Below are positions 28,371-32,000 of a stretch of 32,000 bases of DNA, one piece after another. Source of the DNA: Prochlorococcus marinus subsp. pastoris str. CCMP1986 (GTDB taxonomy: Bacteria > Cyanobacteriota > Cyanobacteriia > PCC-6307 > Cyanobiaceae); contig NC_005072.1 in NCBI RefSeq assembly GCF_000011465.1, positions 1,590,001 to 1,622,000 of the forward strand. The letters are read 5' to 3'. The first letter of the stretch is position 1. Each line of letters starts with the position of its first letter. The position numbers and the translations under genes are program-made. The notes beneath the pieces are model-generated. The model had not been told where the DNA came from. It made no database searches and saw only the letters and a list, made by a program, of their open reading frames with translations.

Positions 28371-29218
28371 AAGATATGCCAACTTGGATAGATGAGTACC
28401 ACAAAGGCTCAAGATTTGGACTTAATGGGAAAGTATTACTTAAAAAAAATTCTAAATATCAAGAAATTCTCATTATAGAGACTGATTTTTATGGTAAAGC
28501 TTTAATGTTAGATGGATGTTGGATGACGTCAGTGAGAGACGAAAAATATTATCATGAATGTCTTGTCCATCCAGCGTTAAGTAGCATTGATAAGAAATCT
28601 CACATACTGATTATTGGAGGAGGTGATGGTGGAACTGCAAGAGAATGCTTAAAATACTCTCAAGTTTCAAAAATTGATTTGGTAGAAATTGATGAAGAAG
28701 TCATCAAAGTATCTAAAACATTTTTAAAAGAAATTGGAGGTGGAGCGTGGAGTGATAAAAGATTAGCTATTCATATTGATGATGGAGTTAAATGGGTGGA
28801 AACAACTAAAGATAATTCTTATGATGTTATTTTTATAGATTGTTCAGATCCATCAGAATTTTCTAATTTATTATTCACAGATTCCTTTTATAAAGAATGT
28901 AAAAGAATACTCACGAAAAAGGGAATATTAGCGACTCAAAGCGAATCACCTGAATCATTCGAAAATATTCATATACATATTTTGAAATCACTCAATAAAA
29001 TATTCAAATTATCTGAAACTATGTATTCATTTGTGCCAATATATCCAAGTGGTATTTGGAGTTGGACATTCGCTTCGGATGAAGAATTAAATTTATCAAA
29101 AGTCAATTACAAAGAAGTCATGGAAATAGAAAATAATTGTGATGTTTGGAATTTAAATTTTCAAAATGCTGCATTCAAAATGATGCCAAATAAAATTGTA
29201 AAAAAACTCAATTCGTAA
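28367..29218 (+). CDS. speE: Spermidine synthase
   Basis: The motifs LMLDG, YHECLVHP, IIGGGDGGTAREC and IFIDCSDP are present. The start overlaps the mazG stop (ATGA). Confidence 0.93.
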   Translation: MKDMPTWIDEYHKGSRFGLNGKVLLKKNSKYQEILIIETDFYGKALMLDGCWMTSVRDEKYYHECLVHPALSSIDKKSHILIIGGGDGGTARECLKYSQVSKIDLVEIDEEVIKVSKTFLKEIGGGAWSDKRLAIHIDDGVKWVETTKDNSYDVIFIDCSDPSEFSNLLFTDSFYKECKRILTKKGILATQSESPESFENIHIHILKSLNKIFKLSETMYSFVPIYPSGIWSWTFASDEELNLSKVNYKEVMEIENNCDVWNLNFQNAAFKMMPNKIVKKLNS

Positions 29219-29219
29219 A

Positions 29220-30104
29220 ATGATCAATAAAAATTTATTTGATAACGAAAGTGCAATTTTTATGGGAGCCAAAAGAAATCCAGATGATTGTTCAATTGGA
29301 ATATTTGGAGTCAATTATGACGGTACATGCTCTTATAAGTCAGGGACTAGATTTGGTCCAAATGCCATAAGGCTAGTAAGCACATGCTTAGAGACATTTT
29401 GTCCAAGATTAGGAAAGGATTTAGAAGATTTTAATTATGTTGATTTTGGTTCACTAGAAATAGATAAAAATGACTCAATATCTGTCATTAAAGCAGTCAA
29501 ATCAGCAACAGATTTCATTATGAGTAGCAAGCTTACTCCCATTATGCTTGGAGGTGAGCACTCTATTACTAGTGGTGCTATTGAGGCGTTAGTAAATAGA
29601 TATCCAGATCTGATTTTAATTCAACTAGATGCTCATGCAGATCTAAGAACCTCATATATGGGGAATGAACATAGTCATGCTTGTGCAATGCAAAGATGCT
29701 TAGATATTTTACCTGAAAAAAAGATTTTGCAAGTCGGAATAAGAAGTGGTACCAAAGAAGAATTTAAATTTATGAGTCAAAAAAAGCAATTAGTAAAATT
29801 CTTGCCAGGAGGGAATGCTCAAGAATTTAAAAAAGCCCTTCTTCCTTACTCTAATTCGCCAATATATTTAACAATAGATTTGGATTGGTTTGATCCAAGT
29901 TTATTACCTGGTACGGGAACTCCAGAACCAGGAGGTTTTTTTTGGAATGACTTTGAAGTAATTCTTGAAACTCTAAAAGAATTTAGAATTGTCGCTTCAG
30001 ATATTGTGGAATTATCTCCAGAAATTGACAATAGCGGAGTTAGTAGTATAGTTGCCGCAAAAGTACTGAGAAGCTTAATTATGTCAGTACAAAATATGCA
30101 ATAA
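29220..30104 (+). CDS. speB: Agmatinase (ureohydrolase family)
   Basis: The arginase-fold Mn-binding motifs are present: GGEHS, QLDAHADLR and TIDLDWFDP, along with the SDIVELSP segment. The start lies 1 nt after the speE stop. Confidence 0.92.
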   Translation: MINKNLFDNESAIFMGAKRNPDDCSIGIFGVNYDGTCSYKSGTRFGPNAIRLVSTCLETFCPRLGKDLEDFNYVDFGSLEIDKNDSISVIKAVKSATDFIMSSKLTPIMLGGEHSITSGAIEALVNRYPDLILIQLDAHADLRTSYMGNEHSHACAMQRCLDILPEKKILQVGIRSGTKEEFKFMSQKKQLVKFLPGGNAQEFKKALLPYSNSPIYLTIDLDWFDPSLLPGTGTPEPGGFFWNDFEVILETLKEFRIVASDIVELSPEIDNSGVSSIVAAKVLRSLIMSVQNMQ

Positions 30105-30154
30105 AAAATTTCTAAACTAAAGTATGAAAAGCTAAATAACTCATTAAATGTTTC

Positions 30155-31267
30155 ATGGATTTGCTTAAAAGTCCACTTTATTCAAAATATATTGAGTCAA
30201 ATGCAAAATTAGTAAATTTTGCAGGTTGGGAAATGCCCATATCCTTTTCGGGATTAATAAACGAACATGAATCAGTAAGAACATCAGCAGGATTCTTTGA
30301 TATTTCCCACATGGGTGTAATTTCTCTTAGAGGAATTAATCCAAAAGAATATATTCAAAAATTTTTTCCTACTAATTTATATTCCTTTTCAGAAGGACAA
30401 GGGCTTTATACATTAATGCTGAATGAAAAGGGAGGAATAATAGATGACCTAATAATTTATGACCTTGGTCAACAAGAAGAGGATATCTCAGAAATTTTTT
30501 TAATAGTAAATGCGAGCAGATACCAAACTGATTTCTCTTGGATTAAAAATAATTTAAATACCAATAATATTTCAATATCAAATGCTAAAAAAGATAAGGT
30601 CCTCTTTGCACTACAAGGCAAAAATTCCTTTAAATTATTCGAAGAATGGATTAAATCATCGATTTCACATATCCCTTACTTTGGTTGTGAATATAAAATC
30701 TTTAAACATATTTCGTCCAAAGAAAAGATTTTCTTTTCGAAAACGGGCTATACAGGTGAAAACGGTTTAGAAATCCTATTATCCGCAAAAGCAGCAATTA
30801 ATTTATGGGATTTCTTAGTTTCAAAAAATATTAAGCCTTGTGGTTTAGGTGCTAGAGATACCTTAAGACTTGAAGCAGGAATGCACTTGTATGGACAAGA
30901 TTTAAATGAAACAACTACACCATATGAAGCAGGATTAGGTTGGCTAGTACATTTAGAAAATAATCATGACTTTTTTGGAAGAGAGTTTCTTGAAAAACAA
31001 TCAAGATTTGGAATTAATAAAAAGTTAGTTGGTCTAAATATTGAAGGGAGAGCTATTGGAAGAAAAGGATGCGAAGTATTTAAAGATGGAGAAAATATTG
31101 GAACTATAACTAGCGGTAGTTGGTCCCCTACTAAGCAAAAGGCAATAGCTTTTGCTTATATTCAAAATTCTTACGCTACTTTAAATAATGTTGTTGAAAT
31201 TTTAATCAGAGGTAAAACATTCAAAGGGACCATAACGAAAAGAGCTTTTTATAAAAAAGATATTTAA
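30155..31267 (+). CDS. gcvT: Aminomethyltransferase, glycine cleavage T protein
   Basis: The motifs [30 protein letters not shown] and [17 protein letters not shown] are present. The length is 370 aa. Confidence 0.96.
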
Positions 31268-31325
31268 CTAAATTTACCCTTGAAGAATTATTATTGTTAA
31301 TTATTGCTCAATAAGTAATTTCTAG

Positions 31326-32000
31326 ATGCGAAACAAAATTTGTGAAGAACTCAATAAGTCAGATATTGGGAAAGTAGTTAATTTATGTGGATGGGTTGAT
31401 CGAAGAAGGGATCATGGTGGAGTAATTTTTATAGATTTGCGTGATCATAGTGGATTTATGCAAATTACTATTAATCCTGAAGATGGTGAGACTCTTTTTA
31501 AACAGGCTGAGATTTTAAGAAATGAAACTGTGATAATGGTTAATGGAATTGTTAATGAAAGGCCAAAAGATTCGATAAATAAAAATATTCTCACTGGAGA
31601 GTTAGAACTAAAAGTTAAAGATCTACAAATTCTTAATCAAATAAAAAATAATTTACCATTTCCTATCTCAGTACATGATTATGAAAATACAAAAGAAGAG
31701 CTTAGACTAAAATATAGATATTTAGATCTTAGAAGAGGAAAATTACTCAAAAATTTAAAAACAAGGCATAAAATTATTAAAGCAGTAAGAGAATATCTTG
31801 ATAATTCTGGATTTACAGAGGTCGAAACACCATTACTGACAAAATCGACTCCAGAAGGAGCTAGAGATTTTTTAGTTCCAGCGAGACTTTCAAACGGTGA
31901 GTTTTTTGCTTTACCACAATCTCCACAATTATTTAAACAACTTTTAATGGTAGGAGGGTTAGACAAGTACTATCAAATCGCAAAATGTTTCCGTGATGAA
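31326..32000 (+). CDS. aspS: Aspartyl-tRNA synthetase, 3' end cut by the window edge
   Basis: The ORF opens at ATG 31326 and stays open to nt 32000 (225 codons). The OB anticodon-binding domain is visible ([22 protein letters not shown]). Class II motif 1-2 elements are present: [40 protein letters not shown] and [11 protein letters not shown]. Confidence 0.95.
   Translation, partial: MRNKICEELNKSDIGKVVNLCGWVDRRRDHGGVIFIDLRDHSGFMQITINPEDGETLFKQAEILRNETVIMVNGIVNERPKDSINKNILTGELELKVKDLQILNQIKNNLPFPISVHDYENTKEELRLKYRYLDLRRGKLLKNLKTRHKIIKAVREYLDNSGFTEVETPLLTKSTPEGARDFLVPARLSNGEFFALPQSPQLFKQLLMVGGLDKYYQIAKCFRDE

Noticed and set aside
30105-30154. A glycine riboswitch upstream of gcvT, or upstream of the gcvH-gcvP cluster.
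   Set aside because: The gcvT leader is only 50 nt and AT-rich, with none of the conserved GGAGAG...CACCG-type aptamer cores. The gaps upstream of gcvH and gcvP are 8 and 46 nt. There is no room for an aptamer.

Overview
The window reads as a densely packed, very AT-rich (roughly 30% G+C by eye) core-chromosome segment of a marine picocyanobacterium. Gene content and compactness fit a high-light-type Prochlorococcus-like genome. I support 31 protein-coding genes, two of them cut by the window edges, plus one tRNA and two simple repeats. Almost all of the genes are recognisable housekeeping functions.

- **Replication and repair:** dnaX, dnaB, an ATP-dependent DNA ligase and an SprT-like protease.
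- **Translation:** rpmI, rplT, rplI, valS, aspS, mnmG and tRNA-Val.
- **Glycine cleavage:** gcvP and gcvH lie together; gcvT sits 18 kb away.
- **Membrane lipids:** sqdB-sqdX, a delta-9 desaturase and a family 2 glycosyltransferase (GT2).
- **Other metabolism:** thiG, mazG-speE-speB and a chorismate-lyase-like gene.

I see no transposase, integrase, CRISPR array, toxin-antitoxin pair or recognisable defence gene. I cannot honestly claim a clearly novel system in this window. The items most worth a second look are:

- A divergent pair formed by an SprT-like protease and a two-gene unit (a small membrane-anchored protein followed by a stand-alone ATP-dependent ligase).
- A perfect in-frame 72-bp tandem duplication in the dnaX linker.
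- A co-oriented string tRNA-Val(UAC) / IscA-like / valS / DedA, with only 16 nt between the tRNA and the next start codon.
- An HTH-like ORF and a YnbB-type PLP enzyme packed directly upstream of gcvH-gcvP.
- Two convergent gene pairs with no terminator space, one of which overlaps by 48 bp.
- A 270-bp non-coding gap after the ligase that contains a 50-codon ORF below the track threshold.

All homology calls come from motifs read in the supplied translations. No database search was run.
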